Shown: one piece after another, positions 48,378 through 61,000 of the stretch
How positions within the stretch are numbered: position 1 is the first letter of the stretch
Layout: the number at the start of each line of letters is the position of its first letter
From: Mesotaenium endlicherianum
Taxonomy: Eukaryota
Length of the DNA: 64,000 bases
Assembly (NCBI GenBank): GCA_009602735.1
Contig: WELA01003597.1
Location: 291,505 to 355,504, forward strand
Reading direction: 5' to 3'
Notes under the pieces: generated by a model
Databases searched by the model: none
What the model saw: only the letters and a program-made list of their open reading frames with translations
Told to the model about the DNA's origin: nothing
Translations under genes and position numbers: made by a program

Positions 48378-49526
48378 ATGCCTACTCGTAGTGGGCGTTC
48401 TTATCGGCCATACTACGAAGGGGTTAGTGAAGAAGACTCAGACTCAGATCTCAACACTATCACTGAACCCTCTGAAGAGGAGCAACCCTCGCCCCAGCGC
48501 ACGGCAGTTGCTTTTGAGCCACCGTCCCAGTGGGCTCATTACGATTCCTGGTATCCTATGGCAGGTGACCAAGAAGTCAAGACTGACAGGTCTGCCTATC
48601 GCTTCAGCGGCATGCCAGGCACCTGTAATCTGGAAGATACCGTCTCGGAGTTTCAGGCTGACTTCGCGGCAGCAAAGCTCAAGACGCCCACGCTGACGAA
48701 GCGCGACGTCTTCGACACGCTTATGCGCTACCTCTCTCACGAGGCCCGCGACACCTTCCGCGAGAAGGAAGCCGAGCTCCGAACACGCACCGAGCTTGTA
48801 GGTGACCCACTAGTTGCGACTCTGCTAGCCGACCCAGTGCAAGCCTTTTGGAACATCCTCAAGACAGAGTTCCAGGCTGCAACTGAAGAGAAGGTGTACA
48901 AGCTGCACCTCTTCTTCTTACGCAAGAACGAGACGATTCGCATGATGTACGGCCGCTTGGAGCACCTACGCAGCAACGTCGGCATTGTCACCAACCGGGA
49001 GGCCGCGGAGATCTTCTTCCACGCCGTCGAGCCGCGTCTGAGGGAAAGGGCCGTCGTCCCCCTCATTGACCGCCACGGTTCAGAGTATTTGTTGGAGCAG
49101 GTCTACCTCTCCGTTGAGAAGCAGAGCCTGGCCGTCGCACGGAGCAACATTAGCGACCGTGTGGGCCTCGCATCTACGGGCGTATGCCAGGAGGCCTCGG
49201 TGCTGCCATCTTCCACGATGCGCACAATGCCTGCCCGCCAGCCCCAGCAGCAGCAGCAGCCTCAGCGCCCTCAGCTGCCCCAGCAGACGCAGCAGCGCGG
49301 AGCTACGCGTGGCCGCCTTTCCATGGCCGCCACGACGAGTGGCCCCTGCTGGTCTGGCGAAAAGACGGGCCACTCACGCCAGAACTGCACGCTCGCGCAG
49401 AATGGCAAGCTCGGCGATTGCACCTACTGTGGCAAGGCCGGCCACCTGCAGATCGTTTGTCTGCAGAAGAAGCGCGACGTCAAGAACGGGCGCGCTCGTG
49501 ACGGTCCTTCGCCTGCAGCAGGATAG
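48378..49526 (+). CDS. gag: Retrotransposon Gag-like protein (382 aa) with zinc knuckle
   Basis: Starts MPTRSGRSY and has a helical capsid-like core. One degenerate knuckle (CWSGEKTGHSRQNC) and one intact CCHC knuckle (CTYCGKAGHLQIVC). Lies directly downstream of an LTR-like sequence. Confidence 0.85.
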   Translation: MPTRSGRSYRPYYEGVSEEDSDSDLNTITEPSEEEQPSPQRTAVAFEPPSQWAHYDSWYPMAGDQEVKTDRSAYRFSGMPGTCNLEDTVSEFQADFAAAKLKTPTLTKRDVFDTLMRYLSHEARDTFREKEAELRTRTELVGDPLVATLLADPVQAFWNILKTEFQAATEEKVYKLHLFFLRKNETIRMMYGRLEHLRSNVGIVTNREAAEIFFHAVEPRLRERAVVPLIDRHGSEYLLEQVYLSVEKQSLAVARSNISDRVGLASTGVCQEASVLPSSTMRTMPARQPQQQQQPQRPQLPQQTQQRGATRGRLSMAATTSGPCWSGEKTGHSRQNCTLAQNGKLGDCTYCGKAGHLQIVCLQKKRDVKNGRARDGPSPAAG

Positions 49527-49814
49527 CGAGGAGGGCGCAACCCTCGCACGGGTGGACGCCCGACGATGACGGCAACTACGGCCACGACGGATGCCGCGCT
49601 GACTCCCGGAGCCGACTACTGCAGCTTCGACGACGTCAGTGACGCCCTTGTGGAGGCCAACGCGGAGATCGCAACACTCCATGGCCTCTTCGACGCCGAC
49701 AGCTACGACGCGTGCGGAGCGCTCTTCGCACACGCTCCACCGTCCTACGCCACAGCTCTGACAGCTGACGCCTGCGTAGCCCCTGCGCACACGCCTGGCT
49801 TCGACCCATTTACA

Positions 49815-50289
49815 ATTTTCTACAACAATTGCTCGCCCCTAGGAGGGAGGGCCGCTTAGCAACAAAATTTCTAAGTGTTTGTCCAATCGTCCAATCGTCC
49901 AATCGTCTAGAACATTTGTGAGTAGGCCAGATCAGCCTCAATTGACGTGTCGGCCAATTTGACGTCCACATGCATGCATCAATATATCTATAATATACTA
50001 ACTTAGGCGCGCTGGACTAATCCGAAACTTCTAAGTAAATCGACCTCGTCGGCACTCTGCGTCAGCTAAAATTACGTGAAGATTTGAATTTTCTCTAACA
50101 GCTCAGATCGCTTGATGCTGTCGGTCAATTTGACGGTTGCGCTCATCGCAAATCAAGGACAATTGTTGACCAACCTTAAAACTTATTAAGCTTCAAAAAT
50201 CCATAACTATCTCAATACTTAACCCAATTTGACGTATTGTATCTCAAAATGACCACAATAAATGCACTCTACAATCCTATGACCTTACA
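49815..50289 (-). repeat. Right arm of the inverted repeat (LTR-like 5' end on the minus strand, starts TGTAAG)
   Basis: Reverse complement of 46733-47177 with substitutions and indels; ends ...ccttaca on the plus strand. Confidence 0.85.
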
Positions 50290-51419
50290 GTATAGAAGAG
50301 TACACCAACTGGTGGGAGGATTTTGTAGTGGGACTTGCCTACAAAAGGCCATCCCACAAGCCCGCTCGCCTTGAAGGAGTTGAACCCATTAAGTTCAGAC
50401 CCTCAATGGCTCGAGGGCTTAACCCCGAAGGACCTGACAACCAAGAGCCAAGAAATTTAGAATTTGTCACCCGTTCGAAAGTGATTCCGAACGGGCCACA
50501 GATGACGAACTTTTTATGGGTTAATAGGCGTCGTTTGATTGGTTTGCGATCTTTGGCGACGCGTTTCGGCCGTTGTGATGTATAGCCGACGCCGTTTCGT
50601 CCACGTTCTTCGTCGCGTCGTTTCGTCGACGCGTTTTGTCCCCCTTGCTCGGTGACAAATGTGATCGGGCAAGGGCGACTTTTCTTTTTCTCATGACAAG
50701 CCTATCAGGGTCACCCATGCCTCCGGCGACACGCGCCTGGTGCGTGTTGACAAAAGCGACCGGGCAGCTGGAGCTGTCAGGATCACCCCTGCGGCTCGGT
50801 TACTTCACCCCGTTGCCTGTTAACTCGTAACGGGCAACGGCAACGGGTCCCGTCAGGGCCACCTTTGCCACCCGACGACTGTGGCCGAGGAACTTCGAAG
50901 TTCCTTGGGGCCCTTGCCTGCTTTTACAGAACGTGGGTGGCATTGGGGAGCGGGCCTAACAGGCCATTCAATGTTCACGTAACCCAATACCTTTGCAAAT
51001 GACTTGAAGCTAGATTTTGCTATTTTTTTGTTTGGACTTTTCCGACTAAGCAGTCCATGATAACGTTATCAACACATTCGAGCTTAACAACAAGCAATCA
51101 GAAGACATTGTGTGTGCCCATTTCAATCCATGGTTTGGTCACGGTTGTTATACTTAGTCCAAAATTGCATGGTACCTTCTCCGTTTGGAATCGATGAAGT
51201 CTTACTCCGTTTGGAGGCGAAGAAACGTTCCCAGTTACAATCTTTGCCTTTTGGCGTTGAAATACCACTTCGCCTGCTGTTTCAAAGATTATATTTTCCA
51301 TTTTTCTCACGTAGCGTAGAAAAATTCGTCTACGGCTAGGGCGGAGGCGTAGATCCAGTTCCTAGGGCGTTTTTTGAAGTTGTTTTTTTTGGGCCAAACC
51401 GGTTTCAGAGTGCTTATTA

Positions 51420-52240
51420 TTGCCAATTCAAGTTCACAATCATACCATTTGGGTTGACTAGTAGACCTGCTACATTCATGGGACTCATGAATAGTATCTT
51501 GAGACCTTACTTGGACCAGTTTGTGGTGAGAGATCAGAAGCTATATGGGAAAATGAGCAAGGGCGACTCCTGTCTCAAGGAGGTCAATTTTTCTTGGACA
51601 CGTGGTGGGAGCTGAAGGAGTCCAGGTAGAGCAAAAGAAAGTGCAAGAAGTCAGAGATTGGCCGATACTTGCTGATATTCATCAACTCAGGAGCTTCCTC
51701 GGCATGGCGAATTATTATCGATGCTTCAATGAAAGATTTGCCAAGGTGTGTGCACCGCTCACGGACATGTTGAAGGAGCAGGAGAAGTGGCTATGGGGTG
51801 ACAAAGAGCAGCAAGCCTTCGAGAAGATTAAGGAATTGTTGACACAGGCATTTGTGTGGGCAATTGCCAGTCCAGAACTTCCTTGCACCATCATTACGGA
51901 CGCATCAAACTTTGCAGTGGGAGCCATTCTTCTTTAGGACCAGGTCAAAGATTTGCAACTTGTGGCATATGAGAGCAGGAAGTTGAGTCCTGCTGAGCAA
52001 AATTATGCTGCACACGAGCGGGAGATGTTGGCTATTATCCAGGCTATGAGGATTTGGCGATGTTATGTTTACGGCCAAAAGGTGTTCATCAAGACCAACC
52101 ACAAGAGCTTGGAGAAGTTTATGACGCAGCCAACATTGGCACCAAGACAGGCAAGGTGTATGGAGTTTTTGCGACAATTTGATCACAAGATTGAGTACTT
52201 ACCTAGAAAGATCAACCTTGCAGACACTTTATCCAGGAGG
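51420..52240 (+). pseudogene. pol: Degenerate Ty3/gypsy pol fragment (RT-RNase H)
   Basis: [66 protein letters not shown] and LADTLSR, with stops, frameshifts and a deletion over the YxDD region. Confidence 0.9.
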
Positions 52241-52389
52241 TGTACCTTGCAGCTATCTCAATCATCAAGGAGAATATGGACTTCAAGGAGAAGCGCAAGA
52301 AAGGTTACAAGGAGGACCCACAGTTTGCAGATGGTGGAGCAGCTGAGTCTAACTCAAGTATGCAGAAGAAGGACGGTATATGGTATTAT

Positions 52390-54260
52390 GGTGGTATTAA
52401 CTGCAAACTCTGCGATTGAGAGGAGGATCTTCCAATTATCTTGCAAGGTATCACATAAAGACGTAGGAACTGCCGTAAAACACGGTTCAGGCGTTCTGTC
52501 TGGCCGTCTGTTTGGGGATGAAAGCTTGTTTACATCTTGAGACGTGTACCAAAATACTTGCACACTTCTGCCAGATTTGACTTGTAGACTTGCTATCACT
52601 ATCACTTACGATCTCCCTTGGCATCTCATGCAACTTGAAGATTTTGTCAATAAAGAGACGCGCTGTCTCTCTGACGTCAAGTGGAGGCTTGGTGGGTAAA
52701 AAGTACACCATTTTGGTGAAACGATCAACAATTGTTAACACTCCATTATGACCCCTTGATGTGGTAGGAAAGTCCACAATAAAATCGAGGCTAATGCTTT
52801 GCCACGGGCCATCCGCAAGCTTGAGTGGATGCAGCTTTCCAACTGGCAACGTATTGCCTGGCTTGTTCTACTGACAAGTTGCACAGTTGGTGATATACTC
52901 GGTAACATCAACCTTGAGGGACTGCCTTGTGTACCATTGGTGCAAAAAATGAATGGTTTTGGTAATACCATGATAACCCGAGTAAGGAAAGTCATGCGCT
53001 TCACGTAGTAGCACGTCTCTTACTTGGTCTTACGGGACAACTATGCGCCCATTGTGCTACCAAAACTCCTTCTCAAACGTATATTTCGAGATAGCGCTCC
53101 TTTTGTCCACACTGCCCATTATGACCCTTACAGGGTTTAAGGCTGTACCCAGGTGATCTAAGAACAACGAATCCTCAACATAGCCATCATTGATCATTTG
53201 ATGCAAGTCAAATGATTTAGACGTAGCAGTGCCATTTGAGATGGGTTCGCCCTCCTCATCAGGCCCCGTTGCATTAAACGCGTGGGGGGGTATAGCAAAA
53301 TTAAGGGTGGCCAACCCTGAAGCCTGACCAGTTTGTTTTGCATTCCCTCCCACGGGCCCCATTAGCAAGATAACAGAATAGGGGACTTGACTTAATGGAT
53401 CAGCAACATTGTTGCATCCAGGGCGATAAGCCCATTGAAAGTGGAATCTTTGCAAGAACTCAGACCAGCGCGTTTGCCATCTTGACAATGTCGGTTGCAA
53501 CTGGAAGAAGGTGTTTGGACAGTGATCCGTAATCACTGTGAAATCCCTGCAGCCTTCAAATAGCATCGCCAGACCTTTAAAGCATATACAATTGCCAAGA
53601 GCTCTTGCAGTGTGGTTGAGTAGTTTTGTTTAGCACGTGTTAGCTTTCGACTCTCAAAATTGATAAGGTGGCCGGCTTGCAACAAGACAGCCCCTATCCC
53701 AATACCCAACGCATCCGCAATGACCTCGTAAGGGAGATCGGGATCGAGCAATGTGGGAACTGGCGCATGGGTGAGGGCATACGAAATGCGCTCAAACGCG
53801 AAATGCGTGTTCTCATTCCAAAGAAACGGTACAATTTTCCTTGTTAAAGCAGTTAAGGGCGCAGCCATGACTAAATAACCTTGCATAAACTTACGAAAAT
53901 AATTTGCAAACTCGAGGAACGATCTCATTACATGTGCATCTTTTGGAACAAGCTACTTTGCTACGCAAGCCATTTTGGCCGGGTCCGGGCGCACCCCTTG
54001 AATCCTACAATGTGTCCCAAGTACAATAGCTCATCCTTTAGGAAGGAACACACTTTGAGCTTAGCATAAAGCTGTTGCTCACAAAGGAATTCCAACACCA
54101 ACTCGAGGTGCTTGTAATGCTCAGCCTTCGTCTTTGAATAGACCAAGATATCGTCAAGGTAAACTTGAACGATCTTATCCAAATAAGGCCTAAACACATT
54201 ATTCATTGTGCTTTGGAATGTAGGAGGTGCATTGGTAAGACCAAATCTTAAATCCTTATA
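52390..54260 (-). pseudogene. pol: Degenerate Ty3/gypsy pol fragment (RT-RNase H-integrase)
   Basis: FGLTNAPPTFQSTMNNVFRPYLDKIVQVYLDDILVYSK, FESRKLTRAKQNYSTTLQELLAIV, VITDH, NNVADPLS, PWQSISLDFIVDFP, IVDRFTKMVYF and EIVSDSD. The RT-RH-INT order is the gypsy order. Multiple frameshifts. Confidence 0.92.
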
Positions 54261-54461
54261 TTGGAAATGCCAAATAGGCGTACAAAACGCTGTCTTGGAT
54301 CCTTGAGAAAAGCAGAAACGTCACAAAAGATCAAACCATGTGCTTCTAGTCATCTTTTGGGCCATACTACAGTATGTGTTTACCTACCAGTTTACAGTCT
54401 TGAGGTGCTGACACTGGATAGTACACACTTCTCGCTTTTAAGCATTCACTATCTTCAACGT

Positions 54462-55368
54462 ATGCCTACCCGTAGTGGGCAAACCTATCAGCCTTACTAC
54501 AAAGGGGTTAGTGGAGAAGACTCAGATTCATATCTTAAAACTTCCGTCACCGATCTCGCTGAAAAGGAGCACCTAGTGCCTCTTCAGCTTGCAGCTGTGT
54601 TTGAGCCACTACCCTAATGGACTCACATTGATCCCTTGTACTCCATGGCAGGTGACCACGATACAAAGGTAGACAAGGTCTCCCTCTTCCGCTTCAGCGG
54701 TAGCCCATGCACCTGTGATTTGGACGACACTATCTCCGAGTTCGAGGTTGACTTTGAGAACGCAAAGTTCAAGGCTTCCGCGCTCATTAAGTGCCAAGTG
54801 TTTGGCACACTTATACATTACCTGCTTCACGAGGCTCGCGACACCTATTGTGAGAAGTCAGCTCAGATCTTCGCATGCACAGAGCTTGTAGGGGAGCCCC
54901 TAGTGGCCACTCTGCTAGCTGACCCTGTTTAGGCCTTCTGGAACGTCCTCAGGCAGGATTTCCAAATCAGTTACTCAAGAGAAGATATATGAGCTGCACC
55001 ATTTCTTCCTCCGCAAGAACGAGACGATTTGCATGATGTATCGGCGCCTGACGCACCTCCGCAGAGACATAGGAACATAGGAACCGTCAGTAATGAAGTG
55101 GGAGAGGATATCCCTCTTGCGTGCCGTTGAGTTGCGTCGAAGGGAGAGAGCCATCGCCCCCCTCATTGACCGCATCGGCTCCGAGTACTCGCCGGAGGAC
55201 GCTTATCGCTCCGTCAAGAAGCAGACCTTGGCCGCTGCATGGAGCAATATCAGCAATTGTGTGGACCTTGCGTCCGCAGGCGTGCAACAAGAGGTCTCGC
55301 TATTGCCTTCTTCGACAATACGCCTTGCCCCTATCCGCCAGCATCAGGAGCAGTATCCCCAACATTAA
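54462..55368 (+). pseudogene. gag: Degenerate second copy of the gag gene
   Basis: MPTRSGQTYQPYYKGVSGEDSDS, MAGDHDTKVDK...TELVGEPLVATLLADPV and APLIDRIGSEY are collinear with 48378-49250 but contain stops and frameshifts. Confidence 0.88.
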
Positions 55369-58005
55369 GTACATTTTTGAATCCTTACATCTACTTTTGA
55401 TTGGCTTGGAATATGCTTAGCCTATAGGAATGCTAGTACATGCCTTGTACACATTTGTGGACATGGGAGAGTCTCCTAGAGTGACTTCATGCGTTGAACC
55501 CGTTGTCTTGCACATTGGTTTTCCACGAGTATAAAGCGGTAGAGATACCCCTAGTGTGACATCGTTTAGAAGTCCATTATGGCAAGTTGTAAGTGGCAGA
55601 CTTATCAGTAAAGCTTACACTTTTTGTCCCCTGTGTTTTCAGGACCACTAGTTTCTCTTTTGTGAAGCGCAAGCTAGCCTCTCCTAGGCTAGTTTCCAGT
55701 CGTTTGGAGAACTTCACACGTGGTGAGCAAAGTCACAGCTTAAACCCTTGCATGGGACTACTCTACAAAGATCAGACCATGTTCTTTCAGTGATCTTTTG
55801 GGCCATACTTCATTAGTTGTTCTCTTACCAATTTACAGTCTTGAGGTGCTCACTCTGGATAGTATACACTTCTTAATAAATACATTTGACGCTTGACCCC
55901 CTTTTTGGCTACAAGGCCACATGTACTATAGACTTCATTGCAGCAAAGCCTGCTTGCTTGATATGTACTGCTTATATCGATGATGTGCACTCGATCACGT
56001 GGCGAATGATCGAGTCAACGAACCAGCGACAATCGAGTCTTAGCGCACAATCTCATAGCGATCTTTTAGTTTATGCCGTTGATGCACGCTCGAGCTCTTA
56101 ACGCACAACAGGCATCTTTTACAAGTCCTTAATGTCAAGTTGTAAGTGACAAAGTATTCAATATAGTGGCCACTTTTATCTCTTGTGTTTTCAAGGCCAT
56201 TCTTCTTTCTTGTGAGGAGCACTTCGGCCTCTCCTAGGCTGGTTTTTATTCACAGTCACAATATAAACCCTTGTAGGGACTACTCTGAAAAGATCCTTCC
56301 AATGTGCTTTCAGTGATCTTTTGGGCCATACTTCCTTAGTTGTTCTCTTCCCAATGTCCGATCTTGAGGTGCTTACTCCAATTGATACAACCTTCTTAAT
56401 AAGAATATTGAACACTTGTCTCCTTTTTGGCTACAAAGCCACATGTACTATAGACTCCATTACAACAAAGTTTGTTGACTTGAAGTGTACTGCTTATACG
56501 CCGATGCACACTCGAGCAACAAAACTCTTTCGTGTTGGAGAAGTTATACCTTCTCTCAAAGAGGTAAGAGTTGATATATATTGTGGTGGACCCGTGACAC
56601 TAACATATGAAACATACTTCTCTAATGGCACTACTTCAATCAAAGTATATCAAACATTGTGCATCTAAGAATATAAAACACTTCCGACGAACGGTCATCA
56701 AATGAACTTAACTTCTAGCATCCATACAAACCCGAATTTCAGAGCCCATTGCGATTTCCCAAAACTAGAAAGATTCTTTGCGGTTCAATATTTTTTGTGC
56801 AATTTCAAAGATCTCGCTAATTTGGCCCGCTGAAATTGTGAAAACCTACAGTAACAAATTTGTGGAGCGCTGTCCCATCTGGGATTTAGGAAACCTACAA
56901 TGGGTCCAATGTTTTGTCCTACCCAAGTTTGGCAGGATCCGTTCCTATAGCTTTTTGAGTGGATCAATATGGGCCGGTTCTAACTTGCACCTTTAGAAGG
57001 TGTGCCTCAAACAAGAAAAAAGAGCAAATTTGCAATTCTTATATATAACATATGCAAGACAGGGAGACATACTGCAAAACAAAAAAAGCGAAGCGTAAAA
57101 CGTTTAGTGGAAGCCTAATAAGAAAGCCAAGTGACAAATAATCTCAAGCTAGAGCAATGTTAATGTGCAAAATTGAGTAAATTAGCATTCCCCCCTAAAG
57201 TCAAGCCAATCATTTTAGTTTTGAGTGGAGTGTTAAGTGAAGTGGCAAGTCACGGGATGCAATGACTTGAAGGAGAATAATTATTTTTAAAGCTTAAAGT
57301 AAGGATGTCCATGCAACATGGGCTTACTTATTTTCATGTAAATGAGGAGGCTAGCAGCCCCAAGGCCTACTATGTTATGATGGAAACTATACGTGCTATT
57401 GATGGAAATAAGAATATAGTAAGAAGTTAGATGAGCGCAAGAGGTCACCAAAGCTGGATATTTGGAGAGAGGCTTCTTGTGGACACCCAATGCATGCACA
57501 TCTTGTCCTGTTTAGTCGTTGATCAATGTACACACATTACCCGATAGCTTACATTGCACTTACTCTTCCAAGTTCCACATTTCATTTCAGAAGAAGCACA
57601 TGCTTTCTCAATGTATGGTACTTCAACAAGTGAACACACTTAGTCAATGATGCTTTCTTGAGGCCATTTTTTGTCCAAGGATGAAGAGTCTTTAGTTTAC
57701 GGTCTCATACATTCACTCCTCAGTTCAATACTCAGTTCACTCTCCTTCATTACTATCAAATCCTAGGTCTCTTTGTAACCTTCTATCATCTGAGAGCATT
57801 CTTCCACACATTGTATCGAACCATGCCATGCAACAACACCAAGTGTCGCTAGAATAGAATTGCATTCACGATTGTGGATAGACAAAGCACATCCTCCTAC
57901 ACTGCAACAACCAATCAAGCAATCTGCGCCTCACGCACCTCACACCGCTCAAGGTGCAATTGCAGGCCCACATCCTGCCACACAAATTTCCCAGCATATC
58001 ACCCT

Positions 58006-61000
58006 CTACGCCTCCGAAGGTGCCTGCAAGCGGGCCACCATGCTGTCAAGGTGAAGCTGCAAGCCCCGGATCTTCTCCACTGCCGCCACCTGGAGGCTCT
58101 GGGGCAGCCGTTGGATGTCCTCCGGGCCCACCAGCGTGATGGCAGTCCCCCCCTCCGTCTCCAGCGTCACCGTCATGTCCACCTCAGTGAGCCTCTCGGC
58201 CTTCACCTCCATGGCCTCGTCTCCTGCGCCGGTGACACCTGGCACCGCCTGCGGCTGCAGCTGGCCCGGAGCCTTCCTCGTCGAGTCCACAACTCCCGCC
58301 TCAACCTTGACACGGGCGGCGTCAAATGCCCCCCTCCTGGGCCTGCCCTCCGTTGCCCTCTTGCAGGATTCTGCTGAGGTGTCCATACCGGGACCAGGGG
58401 TAGAGGAGGGAAGCAGCCCCGCAGCTTCAGAGGCCGCCAGCTGGCTGCGGCGCGTCGTCCGGACGGTAGCGTGGGCGGCCAGGACAGGTGTTGCCTTCGC
58501 AGATAGCCCTGGCAGTCAGACAGATAGGGAGAGAGGAGCAAGGGAAGGGGCAGAGACACAAGGGGTGAGACGAAAGGGTCAAGGCAATAATTGCATGTCC
58601 TGATGACAGAAAGTGCCGTGCGGTTGAGAATCTGCAGGTTACGGCTCAGAGGTGTGTTCACGGTAAGTAAAACGGCTGCCAATTCTTGGCTTTGGCACAC
58701 AAATTGCAAGATGTATGGCGTGGGGCAGTAGCTGCATGCATTGTTTGACTGACAGTCTCGGCCCTCTGACAGGTTTGCTAGTCTGTAACTCTGCTGGCGC
58801 CCTATGGCTGTCTCTCAAATTGTTCCCAGGGCAGGAGAGCGGAGGTCGGAGCGCCGGGTTGGGAAGGGGACATGTATAATGTCTTCGCCGGCGTCAGCTC
58901 CACTCGCGCCAGCTGGCAGGCACCACTTCCCAAGAGGGCTGAAATGACTGGGCCTGACTGAGCTCTTCTATCAATTTTGTTTCAGAGGCAGAAAGACCCT
59001 ACAGCTGCCAAATGGGATAGCCAAGACAGCAGGTCAGCAACGCATCAGCAATGCAACGGAACTGGGTCCAGTGAGGCTGCCAAAAACAAAAAAAAACAGA
59101 GTCAGGGTGGGAGGGTTGGGGAGGGCGTGAAGAGAACCTGCCACAGATATTTGGGTACAGGAGCTGCAGAGGAAAGGACACTTGGAAGTGCAAGGCTGGA
59201 GGCGAGCGAGCACGCAGGGGGCTGGCGTTTCAGGGCGGCTGCGGGTGGGGACCACTTTAGAACAAGGCTGAGTCAGCGCATCTCAGGCAGCACAAGCTCT
59301 TGCAGGGGCAGTGGCATGCTCCCAGGCATGCTGACCAGGAGCCCTCCCAGGTTGGCTGCCAGCCGTCCCAAGGGGCAGCCGTCAGAGTGGGGGCTGTAGG
59401 GTGGGATGCCAGCTGGCAGACCGCAGGCTCTGCATCTCACCTGGGATGGGCGTGTACATGTTGGCGCCATATGTGCCAAGTGGCGACCCGTTGGCGGACA
59501 GGATCATCTCGCCTGCCCTTGCTGATCTGGCATGGCCAGGTGTCGGCGCAAGCTTGTTCGCCTCTGTTTGAGGTCGCAGCCCCTGCCATAAGCAAAAACC
59601 AGAGCGGAGCACGTACGCCCCAGTCTCGTTTTCGCAACTGCCGGAAAGCCCCAGTCTCTTGGTTTGGCGGCTGCCCAAATGCCCAGTCTGTCATTCAAGT
59701 GACAGGTGGCAAAGCATTCCTCTCACACACTACACCCCACGCTGTGTCGCCAGAGCAATCATCCCGCTGTACTGGAGCAGCTCATGACTGCACGTCAAGC
59801 ACGTAGATGCTCAACACTGTGACTTGTATAATTCACATACAGAGGAACACACATGGATGCACCCGAGGTCATGAGAAGAGAGGTTAAGGGAAGTATCAAG
59901 ATTTCAGAAGATCAAAAGCACCACATTCGAGACAAATATCCCTAAGAAAGACTACAAAATCACACTTTTGCCCAAAACACCTAAACACACGCACACACCC
60001 CCCCCCCNNNNNNNNNNNNNNNNNNNNNNNNNNNNNNNNNNNNNNCCCCCCCCCCCACACACACAGAGACACACACATACACATATCTCAAAGACGGCGA
60101 AAGTGGAAAGCAAGAACGCGAGCATCCAAGACTCCATTGGCGACCACCAGACGGGGTCCACAGCAGGCGAGCTGCGGAGCGGCGCCAGTCATAATCCCCA
60201 ACAATAAGCACGGACATCACAGGGGTGGGATCACAGGGGAAGGGGGGGCAGCAATGCATACTTCCATGCGTGTGGAAGCAGCCCTGGGCGTGGACATCGC
60301 AGCCACCTGGTGCCTTGTCCGGCGGCCGCCTGTCGCCGGCACCTCAGTTGCCGCCTCTGCCACGACGGGGTCGGCCGCCTTCCGCCCTCTCTGCTCAGAA
60401 CGTCAGCTCATCACGCGATTGGATGCGTCACACGGCGCCACATGTCAGCAAAGCAGAGGGGGTTTCAATCATCATCACAACAATGCACGCATGCACAAGA
60501 GTACACCCGCACTGTCACCCTGTATTAGAAGGATGCGTCATCACAACTACACTGTTAAGAGCTTCAAGTTTCCCGCTATGCAAGACCTCCTTGCCCAGCT
60601 CCTGTTGACTTCATGCTGAACTACGCCATTGTACAGGTTCTCGCAATCCCTCTCACCCCCCAATGAAAAAGATCAAGACAAAGCCGCAAGAATAAGAGTT
60701 AAAAGAGCTCCTGCCGAGAGGGAAGGAGCGCAGGGGCGCATCTCACCCGTGTGGATTTGCGGACAATCTCCTGGGGAGGCCCTTCAGCCCCGGTTGCGGC
60801 GCCACCTGTCACCACCGCGTCAGCAATGGTAGTCGCGCCAGCTGTCAAGCACAAGCGGGAGCGTTCATGACCGCCAATAAGAATCAGAGCATGCAAGGAG
60901 ATGGGTGCTGTAGACATGTTGTTGGGCGGGAGGGGCCCACATGGACGTCTAAGAAATGGCCGCAACATAATCTCGGTTCCTGTCAGGGCAAGATTCAGTG

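Larger units (their letters stand above)
46280..56515. mobile_element. Nested/degraded Ty3-gypsy LTR retrotransposon cluster
   Basis: Several diverged copies of an LTR-like sequence with an AGTATAA TATA-like box (46280-46732, 47545-48330, 55390-55875; partial copies at 54350-54430 and 56130-56400). Also two gag copies and two pol remnants on opposite strands. Confidence 0.9.

Noticed and set aside
57170..57560. Possible copia remnant (polypurine-tract-like run on the minus strand near 57190)
   Set aside because: No recognisable copia RT/RNase H motifs or LTR pair nearby.
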